The position numbers were made by a program, and so were the translations under genes. Under the pieces are notes generated by a model, which made no database searches, was not told the DNA's origin, and saw nothing but the letters and a program-made list of their open reading frames with translations. From Leptospiraceae bacterium (GTDB lineage: Bacteria > Spirochaetota > Leptospiria > Leptospirales > Leptospiraceae), in assembly GCA_020440865.1 (NCBI GenBank), contig JAGRNF010000008.1, forward strand, positions 35,341 through 99,340: a stretch of DNA of 64,000 nucleotides, given 5' to 3'. Below, piece after piece: positions 22,275-33,442 of the stretch. Every line of letters starts with the position of its first letter. Positions within the stretch are counted from its first letter, which is position 1.

Positions 22275-23792
22275 TTGAAATATATTTCTCAACTTTCTCA
22301 CGAAATGTATCGACAATTAGGCATAATTTTAAATCGCTCCGGTGAAATTGTGCATGTAGTACTTGGAGATAGCAAATCCATCGAAATACCCCACCTTGAA
22401 AGAACAAGATCAACTTCAAATCGTCTACGGGGTCTAAGATTAATTCATACGCATTTATTTGATGAAGGTCTTTCAGAAGAAGACTTAACTGATTTAGTAC
22501 TACTACGACTGGATTCTATTTCAGCTGTAACCATAGATGATGAAGGATTTCCGAAATTTTTATATTCAGCACACATAAATCCCGATCCCGAAGCAGAAAT
22601 TCCATGGATTTTACAGGAAAAGAAACATTTTAGCCAATTGCAATTTGATTTTTCAGAAGTTTTGTATGCTTTAGAAGATGAATTCAATAAACATGCGACA
22701 AAAATAGTTAATTTCCAAAGAGAAAATAGAGCTTTTGTTTTAGGAGTTTACAAACAGAATACTCCCCAGAGAAGTATAGATTTTTCAATTTCTGAAATAA
22801 AAGAGTTATGTAAAACTGCCGATATATTCGTTGTAGGTGACTTTATCCAAAAAAGACAATCGCTGGATCCAACCACAGTAATGGGTAAAGGAAAACTTAA
22901 AGAAATCCTTCTCAAAGCCGTACAAAAAAATATTGAACTTCTTGTCTTTGATTTGGAACTAACCCCTTCTCAGGCTAAAAAAATTTCTGACTATTGTGAT
23001 GTAAAAGTAATTGATAGAACACAATTGATTTTAGACATATTTGCACGAAATGCAAAAAGTAGAGATGGGAAATTTCAAGTTGAATTGGCACAATTAAAAT
23101 ATCTCAAAGGTCGCCTTTCCGAACTCGATGACAATATGTCAAGACTGACAGGGGGAATAGGGGGAAGAGGACCGGGTGAAACAAAACTTGAAATTGGGAA
23201 AAGAAGAGTAGAAGATAGAATCAATAGACTCGAAAAAGAACTTAAGCAATTAAAAAAAAGAAGAGAATTGAATCGAAAGAGACGAAACAAGAATCTTATC
23301 CCTGTTGTTGCTATAGTAGGATATACAAATGCAGGAAAATCGACTTTATTGAATTCGTTAACTAATTCAGAAGTGATAGCTGAGAATAAACTATTTGCTA
23401 CTCTGGACCCTACTACAAGAAGAATACGTTTTCCAGAAGAAAGAGAAATTATTTTATCAGACACAGTCGGGTTCATTCAGGATCTCCCACCTGAACTGAC
23501 CAATGCCTTCAAAGCTACATTGGAAGAACTGGGAGATTCGGATCTATTATTGCACGTTATAGACGCATCTAACCCAAATTATTTGGAACACATTAAATCT
23601 GTGGAAAAGATTCTTTTTGAGTTGAATTTGTCGAATATAAACAGAATTCAAATTTATAACAAAATTGATATTTTGAATGAAAATGTAATTATTCCTGAAA
23701 ATGAAATAAAAATTTCATCGTTGAACAAAACCGGATTGGATGACTTGTTAAACCTAATTGAGACTACCCTATGGAACGCTAAACTACAATGA
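22275..23792 (+). CDS. hflX: GTPase HflX
   Basis: G1 motif GYTNAGKST; HflX-specific [23 protein letters not shown] linker; DTVGF G3 motif. Confidence 0.85.
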   Translation: MKYISQLSHEMYRQLGIILNRSGEIVHVVLGDSKSIEIPHLERTRSTSNRLRGLRLIHTHLFDEGLSEEDLTDLVLLRLDSISAVTIDDEGFPKFLYSAHINPDPEAEIPWILQEKKHFSQLQFDFSEVLYALEDEFNKHATKIVNFQRENRAFVLGVYKQNTPQRSIDFSISEIKELCKTADIFVVGDFIQKRQSLDPTTVMGKGKLKEILLKAVQKNIELLVFDLELTPSQAKKISDYCDVKVIDRTQLILDIFARNAKSRDGKFQVELAQLKYLKGRLSELDDNMSRLTGGIGGRGPGETKLEIGKRRVEDRINRLEKELKQLKKRRELNRKRRNKNLIPVVAIVGYTNAGKSTLLNSLTNSEVIAENKLFATLDPTTRRIRFPEEREIILSDTVGFIQDLPPELTNAFKATLEELGDSDLLLHVIDASNPNYLEHIKSVEKILFELNLSNINRIQIYNKIDILNENVIIPENEIKISSLNKTGLDDLLNLIETTLWNAKLQ

Positions 23793-24152
23793 TTTTAACG
23801 CTTCCTCAACTGAATTGAAGATCCTGACTTTTTCAGAAATTTCAACTAATTGAATGATTGTATTCAGGACTCTACTTGTCCCACCTATTCCTAGAATACC
23901 ATCAGATTCTTCTACCCTCTTAACGATTGTGAGGAATAGAGCAAGCCCCAAACTATTTATGTATTCTAATTTTACAAGATCAACAATGATTCGGTTAGTA
24001 GAAGCATCCAAAATAGCATCCAAATCGTCACTTATCAAACTAACGTTTTCATGATTGATTACCCCCCGAAAAATCAGGATAATTATTTCTTTTCCATCTT
24101 TGAGCTGAGTTTCATGCTCGAGTTCTAATTTTTCATATGAATGAATAGGCAT
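23784..24152 (-). CDS. STAS-domain anti-sigma-factor antagonist
   Basis: 122 aa with the STAS fold pattern ([19 protein letters not shown]). Confidence 0.65.
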   Translation of the reverse strand: MPIHSYEKLELEHETQLKDGKEIIILIFRGVINHENVSLISDDLDAILDASTNRIIVDLVKLEYINSLGLALFLTIVKRVEESDGILGIGGTSRVLNTIIQLVEISEKVRIFNSVEEALKSL

Positions 24153-24161
24153 AAGCTTCCT

Positions 24162-24491
24162 TTAGTTTTTTTCCGCGCATACTCTTAAGAATAACTCAAA
24201 TTTTTTTCTTTGTATACAGATTTTTTTAAAATTTTCAGAAATTTGACTCCAATATTCTCCTTTCTCTACTATTTTAACAAAACCTCTACCATCGGAGATA
24301 TCCCCTTCGAAATCCAGATACTTCAATCTGTGATTTTCTTTTTTTGAAGCTGAAATTTCTTCCCCCCGCAAAAAATTTAAAAACAACTCAGTCCGGAACT
24401 CATAGGTATACAGAGAATCACCTGAATTTTCTAAAAAAAGATCAAAATGGTCACCGATTTCTGTATTGTGATAGGATATTGTGTATCTCAA
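24162..24491 (-). CDS. hypothetical protein
   Basis: 109 aa. Overlaps the hom stop by 4 bp, so it sits in the yebC-hom-STAS operon. Confidence 0.4.
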   Translation of the reverse strand: MRYTISYHNTEIGDHFDLFLENSGDSLYTYEFRTELFLNFLRGEEISASKKENHRLKYLDFEGDISDGRGFVKIVEKGEYWSQISENFKKICIQRKKFELFLRVCAEKN

Positions 24492-25765
24492 TGCAAATCT
24501 TCTAATCTCAGCATTACAGATTTCTTTAAAATGATAGATAAATTATCAATTACCTCTATGGATCTATGAACATCCTGCTCTTTGCATCTATGAGTAAGAA
24601 TTATGACCTCAATCGGTTCTGATTCCGATTCATCCTGTCGGACAGAAGCAATGGATACATTATTTTTACCTAAATGGTTGGATATTTCAGCAATTACACC
24701 CGGTTTATCAACAGTATTGAATCTAATATAGTACCTGGAAGTCTCCTGACCGTGAGGAATTATATTCCCTTTATCGAATATATTGTCTTCAAAACAATCA
24801 TGATTCCCCCGTCTACTACCATAATAAACCAAATCCGATGCCACTGCACTCGCTGTTGGCAATGATCCCGCACCTTTTCCGGTAAACATTAGCGATCCCG
24901 CAAAATCGGATTCAATATAGATCGCATTCATTTCATTCATAACGCTGGCAAGGGAATGCTTAAGAGGAACCATCGTAGGTTGCACTCTTGCTTCAATATT
25001 CCCTGATATCATTTTGGATATCCCTAAGAGTTTGATTCTGTAGCCCAATTGCTTGGCTGTTTGAATTTCAGATTGACTGATCTTTGTTATCCCTTCGATG
25101 TAAATATCTTTGATATCAATTCTTTTACCGAATGCAAGACCCGTGAGTAATGAAACTTTGTGAGCCGCATCAATACCTTCAACATCAAAAGTGGGATCTT
25201 TTTCTGCAAATCCCAAATCCTGTGCTACTTGCAAAGCTTTTTCATAATCCCAATTTTCTTTCTCCATCTTAGAAAGTATGAAATTTGTAGTACCATTCAA
25301 GATACCGTAGACTGCTTTAAATTCATTTGCTACCAAACCTGTTTTTAATGAGCGAATGATAGGGATTGTTCCGGCAACAGCCGCTTCGTATCCTATTTCA
25401 ACAGAATTTTCTTTAGCAAGAGAAAACAACTCATCCCCTTTCTCTGAAAGAAGTGCTTTGTTTGCTGTGACAACAGTTTTTCCGGCTTTTATAGAATCTT
25501 TGACAATATTGTAGGCAATTCCGGTCCCACCAACTAACTCGACTATCAAATCAATATTTTTATTTGATATCAATTCTAAATAATCGGATGTAAAACCCAA
25601 TTGTGGATATGTTTGTTTTATTGAATTCTTTTTATCACAAACAAAGAGTAGTTCCAAATCTACACCGGAACGTTTTGCGATATCCTGCCTTTTTTCCAAA
25701 AGGATTTGTATCAGACCGGATCCAACTGTTCCGGCTCCAACGATCCCAACCCCGATTTTTTTCAC
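24488..25765 (-). CDS. hom: homoserine dehydrogenase
   Basis: NAD-binding GIVGAGTVGSG; catalytic domain; C-terminal ACT domain. Confidence 0.85.
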   Translation of the reverse strand: MKKIGVGIVGAGTVGSGLIQILLEKRQDIAKRSGVDLELLFVCDKKNSIKQTYPQLGFTSDYLELISNKNIDLIVELVGGTGIAYNIVKDSIKAGKTVVTANKALLSEKGDELFSLAKENSVEIGYEAAVAGTIPIIRSLKTGLVANEFKAVYGILNGTTNFILSKMEKENWDYEKALQVAQDLGFAEKDPTFDVEGIDAAHKVSLLTGLAFGKRIDIKDIYIEGITKISQSEIQTAKQLGYRIKLLGISKMISGNIEARVQPTMVPLKHSLASVMNEMNAIYIESDFAGSLMFTGKGAGSLPTASAVASDLVYYGSRRGNHDCFEDNIFDKGNIIPHGQETSRYYIRFNTVDKPGVIAEISNHLGKNNVSIASVRQDESESEPIEVIILTHRCKEQDVHRSIEVIDNLSIILKKSVMLRLEDLH

Positions 25766-26508
25766 TAGGATAACTCCAGATCTGAAGAAGGCTCAAAGTT
25801 TGAATTTACGCTCTGGACATCATCATGGGATTCTAACAAATCTAATATTTTAATTACTTTCTCTGCTGTAGATTGATCATTCACGTCAGCTTTTACCATG
25901 GGGATGTACTTAATTCCGGACTCAACCACTTCGAGTTCCTTTTTGCTGATCTCAGAAAGAACATTTTCAAAATCATCAGTGGAAGTAGTTACAGTAAATA
26001 GCTCATCTTCCAGTACTACATCTTCCGCTCCTGCTCCGGCAGCCAAATCTATCAATTCTTCTTCGGAGATCTGCTCATTTTTTAAAGTGATCACTCCTTT
26101 TTTGTCAAACAGGCGGCTGACCGAACCCGGATTTCCCAGAGAACCCCCACCTTTTGTCAGGATATTTTTGATTTCGGGAGTTGTTCTGGATTTTTTATCC
26201 GTAACCACCTGAACCATTATCCCTACTCCTCCGGGCGCAAAGCATTCATAGAGACATTCTTCATAGGTCACTCCTTCCAGCTCACCCGCTCCTTTTTTTA
26301 TAGCCCTTTCAATATTGTCTTTAGGCATGTTTGCGGATTTGGCTTTCAACACGGCTAGTCTCAATCGGGGATTGGTTTCCGGATCAGAGCCCCCCATCCT
26401 GGCTGCTACTGTTAATTCTTTAGCAACTCTAGTAAAAACTGCCCCTCTTTTGGCATCCAGAGCTTCTTTTTTTCGTTTGATTGTCGCCCATTTTGAGTGT
26501 CCAGACAT
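25765..26508 (-). CDS. yebC: YebC/PmpR-family transcriptional regulator
   Basis: [15 protein letters not shown]-terminus is diagnostic. Confidence 0.85.
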   Translation of the reverse strand: MSGHSKWATIKRKKEALDAKRGAVFTRVAKELTVAARMGGSDPETNPRLRLAVLKAKSANMPKDNIERAIKKGAGELEGVTYEECLYECFAPGGVGIMVQVVTDKKSRTTPEIKNILTKGGGSLGNPGSVSRLFDKKGVITLKNEQISEEELIDLAAGAGAEDVVLEDELFTVTTSTDDFENVLSEISKKELEVVESGIKYIPMVKADVNDQSTAEKVIKILDLLESHDDVQSVNSNFEPSSDLELS

Positions 26509-26622
26509 AATTATCCTCTATTGAAAAGTACAGATTAGAATTTGATCAATTTCTCTAACCAGATTTATCAGTAGGATAAATTTATCGAATTTTTTTTTTC
26601 AATTTGTTTTTTCCGAATTTAT

Positions 26623-26716
26623 AGTCATTTTCAAAAGTATTTGCTCACTCACTGAAGAATCAGCTATAAATCGGCTACGTAATTTCAGAAGAAATAGGTA
26701 AGTATTTCGAAAACCA
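26623..26716 (+). repeat. copy A of the ~95-bp interspersed repeat family, forming the gyrB promoter region
   Basis: agtcattttcaaaagtatttgc TCACTCACTGAAGAATCAGC TATAAATCGGCTAC ...gaagaaataggtaagtatttcgaaaacc. -35-like TTGCTC, an 18-bp spacer, then TATAAA. Aligns with B, C and D. Confidence 0.75.
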
Positions 26717-26793
26717 TCATATGTCGGTTCATTGAGAATAATAAAGAGAAAACAGCTGAGTATTGGGAAATCACTTGCGTTCAAATAGCTATG

Positions 26794-28732
<1,939 letters not shown>

Positions 28733-28755
28733 ATTCGGGTTTTGGCAGTTTAGAT

Positions 28756-29334
28756 TCAGGGAAGTACTTTCTTTTCAATCAAGTCCAAAGTACTTGCAGA
28801 AAATCTTAAGAAATATTTCTTTTGGTTTTCTGATCCTCCATCCATAGAATAAATCCAAATCAAATCAACCTGAATTTCTCCATCCTTAATCTTCCAGTTC
28901 TTTTTATAATCTTGAATCAAAGTGGAATTGTAATTTAATTTTTCAGTAACTGATTGATGAACTGCTCGATTTAGTTCTATTCCGGTTATCCATTTGTATC
29001 CCGGGAAAAACTTTTCAAGGCTGGATTTCTCTACCCTATAGAGAGTCTCCATATACATAGATTCATGTGAATCTCCCTTTGTGTATCCAAAGTACACATA
29101 TTGGCCATCTTCATATATGATTTCCCAGATTCGTCCCAGGATTTTTTTTATCCTATTTTCCATTCTTTTCTGGAAAAAAAAATCAGGATCTACCAACTCT
29201 GAAGTATTGATATTTTTTCCATTTTTCACTTCAGAAACCATGTACTTTTTCGAACAAGAAATCAATGTCATAATCCAGAGGAGTGGTATAATTATAAAAT
29301 ATTTCATATTCATTTTTTGAAATCTTTCATTCAA
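28756..29334 (-). CDS. hypothetical lipoprotein
   Basis: Signal peptide with lipobox LISC. Confidence 0.45.
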   Translation of the reverse strand: MNERFQKMNMKYFIIIPLLWIMTLISCSKKYMVSEVKNGKNINTSELVDPDFFFQKRMENRIKKILGRIWEIIYEDGQYVYFGYTKGDSHESMYMETLYRVEKSSLEKFFPGYKWITGIELNRAVHQSVTEKLNYNSTLIQDYKKNWKIKDGEIQVDLIWIYSMDGGSENQKKYFLRFSASTLDLIEKKVLP

Positions 29335-29535
29335 ATTGCAATGAATTTTTATAGTATATTGAAGAGTCTATTTTATCGAGTTGATAATTATTAGTTCTCA
29401 GATAAAATTTAATTTTTCAATTTACAAAATTTATTCTTTTTATTACTGATTCACTACTGCAAATGTAGATCTTTTTGAAAATTAATAGAGGTTTTTATTC
29501 ACTCAAATTTTTATTTTATTTGTTTTTCAGCTTAC

Positions 29536-29625
29536 AGTCACTTTCAAAAGTATTTGCGTATTCACAAAAGAATTATTTATAAAATGGCTACATTGCAAAA
29601 TATGAAAAGTATATATATTTAAGAG
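29536..29625 (+). repeat. copy B of the ~95-bp interspersed repeat family, forming the ruvC promoter region
   Basis: agtcactttcaaaagtatttgc GTATTCACAAAAGAATTATT TATAAAATGGCTACATTGC. Same TTGC-N18-TATAAA layout as A. The 3' part is more diverged. Confidence 0.7.
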
Positions 29626-29661
29626 AATTTGTATAACAATAATAATGAAAAAAGAGAAGTT

Positions 29662-30165
29662 ATGAATCAATCAAAACATTCCAGAATCATAGGAATAGAT
29701 CCGGGATCACATCGCATTGGTTTTGCGATTTTAGAGAAAAATGTATCTAAAAAAATACAAATCCTAAAGTACGGTACAATTGAAATTCCTCCCAAAACTG
29801 AGTTTGGCGAAGCAATGATTCAACTCAGGAAAGAATTGATTTCTCTTGTTGATGACTTCAAACCCCAGCTAGCTAGCGTTGAAGACTTATTCTTTAGTAA
29901 AAATGTAAAAACAGCAGCAAAAGTTTTTCAATCCAGAGGTGTGATTTTACTTACTCTTGCAGAGAGAGCGATCCCGATTCTTGAACCTACTGTGAGTCAA
30001 ATAAAGAAAGGTGTCACAACCTCAGGAAAAGCGGATAAGAATCAAATAAAATCATCTTTAAAACTTCTACTTCAAATTGAAGATCTCAAGGGATTGGATG
30101 ATTCATGGGATGCTGTGGCCTGTGCCTTTGTGGGATTTTCGATGCAGGGATCTAAATTATTTTAA
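29662..30165 (+). CDS. ruvC: crossover junction endodeoxyribonuclease RuvC
   Basis: [17 protein letters not shown]-terminal RNase-H-fold motif with catalytic Asp. The ORF track starts at 29629 (MYNNNN...). The ATG at 29662 ([15 protein letters not shown]) is more plausible. Confidence 0.8.
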   Translation: MNQSKHSRIIGIDPGSHRIGFAILEKNVSKKIQILKYGTIEIPPKTEFGEAMIQLRKELISLVDDFKPQLASVEDLFFSKNVKTAAKVFQSRGVILLTLAERAIPILEPTVSQIKKGVTTSGKADKNQIKSSLKLLLQIEDLKGLDDSWDAVACAFVGFSMQGSKLF

Positions 30166-30218
30166 TGCTTATGGTATTATTATACATTTATTATATTCGA
30201 TTTTAATAATACGATCAA

Positions 30219-30656
30219 TTAAAAAACTTTAATTAGAGACAAAAGTTTTTTTCTTGTTGTTTCATCTTTTTCTCTTTCCGTGATACAGATTAAATTTTCC
30301 TTCCCATCTAGATGATTTTTCTTACTTTCAACAACTTTTGGAATAATGATATTTGTATCCAAATCCAATCTAATTTTTGAAATTCGATTTTTGGAATATT
30401 TATTTATATTTTGAATCAATAAATTGGATACAAACTGAAGTTCCATCTTATAAGCTGAATTATAAACACCTATGTACAATGTATCACGAATAATTTTCTT
30501 TGGCTTAGAAAATTTATAAAACTCCAAACCAACTATATCTTTCCAGTGATCGGATATCGCACGAAATTCTACCTCAGATTTTAATTTCTCAAAATCTATC
30601 TCTAATTTACTTAATAAACTAGAAAAATCATCAGATTCCATATCAAACGAATTCAT
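30219..30656 (-). CDS. DUF721 (DciA-like) protein
   Basis: 145 aa directly downstream of recF with overlapping stop and start. DUF721 proteins conventionally occupy this position. Confidence 0.55.
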   Translation of the reverse strand: MNSFDMESDDFSSLLSKLEIDFEKLKSEVEFRAISDHWKDIVGLEFYKFSKPKKIIRDTLYIGVYNSAYKMELQFVSNLLIQNINKYSKNRISKIRLDLDTNIIIPKVVESKKNHLDGKENLICITEREKDETTRKKLLSLIKVF

Positions 30657-31752
30657 AATGATTCTCCTTTACCTTACCCTTATTAATTTCAAATATAGAA
30701 ATCTGGTTTCGGAAGTTTTTTAAAAAATCATCCAGACCGTCTAAATCAGTAGTTGTAAAAAAAGATTGTCCGCTTTCCATTAACAATTCCAGAAAGTAAT
30801 TTCTCCTTTTTATATCCAATTCTCGTATGACATCATCAATCAAAAGCACAGGTGTTTGATTTCTTATTTTTTTTATGTGTTTAAATTGAGCTGTTTTCAT
30901 GGCTATCACAGAACTTCTTTTTTGTCCCTGGGATCCAAATTCAGTAATATCTTTAGAATCTTTACCAATGAATAAATTGTCCCTATGAGGTCCGACTGTT
31001 GTATATCCCAATTTTAAATCCAGATGTTTTCGCTTTTGTAATTTATCCCTAAAGGATTCTTCTGAATTTACATTAGGATTGTATATGATTTCAAAAATAT
31101 CTTTCTCACCGCTTAGTATTTTGAGATTTTCCCTATAAATTTCATTGAGAGAGGCAATCACCCCGATTCTCTCTGAAATAAGAAAAATTCCTTTTTCCAC
31201 CAAAAGATTGTCCCAGGTAACCAGTTCAACTTCAGATTTAGCTTGTGATTTCAATAAAGCATTTCTATGTTTTAGTATTTTATTATATTCCAATAAATTG
31301 ATTAAATATTCACGGTTATAGATCGAAAGGAACGAATCTATAAACTTTCTCCTTTCCGCAGGACCTCCATCGATAATTTTTAAATCTATAGGGGATAGAG
31401 TAATTGTTATGAAATTTCCTATAAAATCTAATTTTCGGTTTATTTCTTTCTCGTTAAGTTTGATTTTCTTTTTCTTGGTGCCTAATTTTGTAAAGCCTAT
31501 CTCGAATTCGTCTACATCATCAGCATTCTGAATCTCTGCTTTGAGGTAATACGTATCCTTATCCCAGTTAAGTATTTCATCATCTGTATTGTCCCGAAAA
31601 CTTTTCAATGTAGAAAACATTTGAATCGCTTCCAGGAGATTTGTCTTACCTTCTCCATTCTCACCAATGAAAAAATTTAATCTGGAATTAAACTTTAATT
31701 GCACAGACTCATAATTTCTAAATGAATTGATGAGAATAGAGTTTATCTTCAT
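30643..31752 (-). CDS. recF: DNA replication and repair protein RecF
   Basis: Walker A GENGEGKTNLLEA. SMC-like signature. Overlaps dnaN by 4 bp. Confidence 0.85.
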   Translation of the reverse strand: MKINSILINSFRNYESVQLKFNSRLNFFIGENGEGKTNLLEAIQMFSTLKSFRDNTDDEILNWDKDTYYLKAEIQNADDVDEFEIGFTKLGTKKKKIKLNEKEINRKLDFIGNFITITLSPIDLKIIDGGPAERRKFIDSFLSIYNREYLINLLEYNKILKHRNALLKSQAKSEVELVTWDNLLVEKGIFLISERIGVIASLNEIYRENLKILSGEKDIFEIIYNPNVNSEESFRDKLQKRKHLDLKLGYTTVGPHRDNLFIGKDSKDITEFGSQGQKRSSVIAMKTAQFKHIKKIRNQTPVLLIDDVIRELDIKRRNYFLELLMESGQSFFTTTDLDGLDDFLKNFRNQISIFEINKGKVKENHYEFV

Positions 31753-32870
31753 AATTTCATTGGCATAACAACTGAAATATATTGTGGATCTGATGGATCT
31801 TTAAAGACAACCGGTGCATTAGAATTATTGAATTCAATTATGATTTCTTGATCTTCTATAGATTTTACTATATCTAATAAAAAATCACCTTTGAAAGCAA
31901 TAGTAGTATCTTCACCTGAATAATCCACAGGAATATTGATGTTTGCCTCAGTAGTCCCCGGAGTTGACGCATTGATATGTAAGTTATTATCATTGAATCT
32001 TAATCTTAATTGTCTGGATGGTTCTTCTGCAGCTATCAGAGCCTGACGTAGAGCTACCAAGAATTTATCTTTTGGCATCTTGATATTATTATGAGTTTCT
32101 TTGGGAATTACAGCTTCGTAGTCAGGATAATTTCCATCTATCAATTTACATAATAACTCAATCTCATTAATTTTAATATAGATTTGGTTATCAATTAAAC
32201 CTATTCTTCCTGATTCATTATGATCTATTATTTTTAAAATCTCTTTTATAGCCTTGTGAGGAATAATCACACCATTTTGAAACGGTAAGTTATTAGTAAA
32301 TTCTCTTTCTACTCTAGCTAATCTTCTACCATCTGTTCCAACTACAACTATTTTGTTTTCAAAGCTTTTGACATACAGTCCATTAAAAACAAACCTGGTG
32401 TCTTCTAGAGCAACAGAAAAAGATGTTTTCTTAATCATACTGGAGAGTGTATTACACTGAAATCCTGATGTTCTTGAATCATCTATCGTAGAGATCGTTT
32501 TGATTTCTTCTCCTCCGATTCCATTGATCATCATTTTGAAATCAACCTTGTTTTCAGCATCGGTGATTATAGTCTTAGCTGAATTTTCACCTTCATTCAC
32601 ATTTTCTAATGATGTTTCACTGAAATTAATTGCTTTCAAAATATTGCTCAACTGCTTAGCGGGAATGGATCCACTTCCAACAACATGAGTATTTGATGCT
32701 ATAGATGTTTTAATAGAGATTTCCAAATCTGTAGCTGAAATAGAAACTCTGTTTTCCTCAGCCTCCAGTTTCAAATTAGAGAGGACAGATTTTATTTCTC
32801 TAACAGTGATTACCCCTTCTACTGCAGAAATAGCTTTTTGAAAATCTCCAGTTTTGACATGGAACTTCAT
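31749..32870 (-). CDS. dnaN: DNA polymerase III beta sliding clamp
   Basis: 373 aa with the three-domain beta-clamp pattern (MKFHVKTGDFQKAI... N-terminus); operonic with recF. Confidence 0.85.
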   Translation of the reverse strand: MKFHVKTGDFQKAISAVEGVITVREIKSVLSNLKLEAEENRVSISATDLEISIKTSIASNTHVVGSGSIPAKQLSNILKAINFSETSLENVNEGENSAKTIITDAENKVDFKMMINGIGGEEIKTISTIDDSRTSGFQCNTLSSMIKKTSFSVALEDTRFVFNGLYVKSFENKIVVVGTDGRRLARVEREFTNNLPFQNGVIIPHKAIKEILKIIDHNESGRIGLIDNQIYIKINEIELLCKLIDGNYPDYEAVIPKETHNNIKMPKDKFLVALRQALIAAEEPSRQLRLRFNDNNLHINASTPGTTEANINIPVDYSGEDTTIAFKGDFLLDIVKSIEDQEIIIEFNNSNAPVVFKDPSDPQYISVVMPMKL

Positions 32871-32927
32871 AGCAAAACTCCTTATATATTTAATTTAACT
32901 TTCTTATATAGTAATAATAATTAGCGG

Positions 32928-32936
32928 TGTGTATAA
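32928..32936 (-). promoter_or_regulatory. DnaA-box-like 9-mer upstream of dnaN
   Basis: Plus-strand TGTGTATAA equals TTATACACA on the minus strand and fits TTATNCACA. It lies 58 bp upstream of the dnaN start. Confidence 0.35.
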
Positions 32937-32979
32937 GTAACTAACCCCAAGAAACTACATTTTTTTATAGAAAATATGC

Positions 32980-33067
32980 GACATATTTTTTGAAAATAAC
33001 TTTTTCAATAAACGACATAATTCGTAATCAGTATTATGTCTAAGAGACAATAAATCTTAATTATGTC
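32980..33067. repeat. four GACATAAT-type 8-mers (two per orientation) in the dnaN/pgk divergent region
   Basis: GACATATT 32980-87 sits inside the palindrome AAATATGcgaCATATTT. GACATAAT is at 33014-21. ATTATGTC is at 33033-40 and at 33060-67. Sites 2 and 3 form GACATAAT-N11-ATTATGTC. Confidence 0.45.
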
Positions 33068-33442
33068 CTATTAACACTTTGTTCACTAGAAATTTACCTA
33101 TTACAATACTTGTTTACGGACTTATTTACAGGTAAATAAAATATAACTGATATTTTCCTCTAAAATCTCTCTGAATTCTATAGGAATTAATTTAGGAAAA
33201 TCTAATGATTCTAAAAAATTATAGATTATCTGTAATATTTTTTAAGATTCAATTCACCGATATTTTTGTTTTTTTTGTCTTGTACTTAGATTCATTTTTC
33301 ATTTACTAAAATTTGAACCCGAGTTTAGAGTAATTGCTTTTCTTTTTTAGGTCATTTTTTTTACTTTGAAAGAAGAAATTTCATAACTTTTCTTATCAGA
33401 AGAAAAATAATTATTTCGAATCTTAAGGAGGATGGGAATAGG

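Noticed and set aside
26599-26784. 61-aa minus-strand ORF in the yebC-gyrB spacer
   Set aside because: It lies entirely within the repeat-A/promoter region, has no ribosome-binding site and is low-complexity. Spurious.
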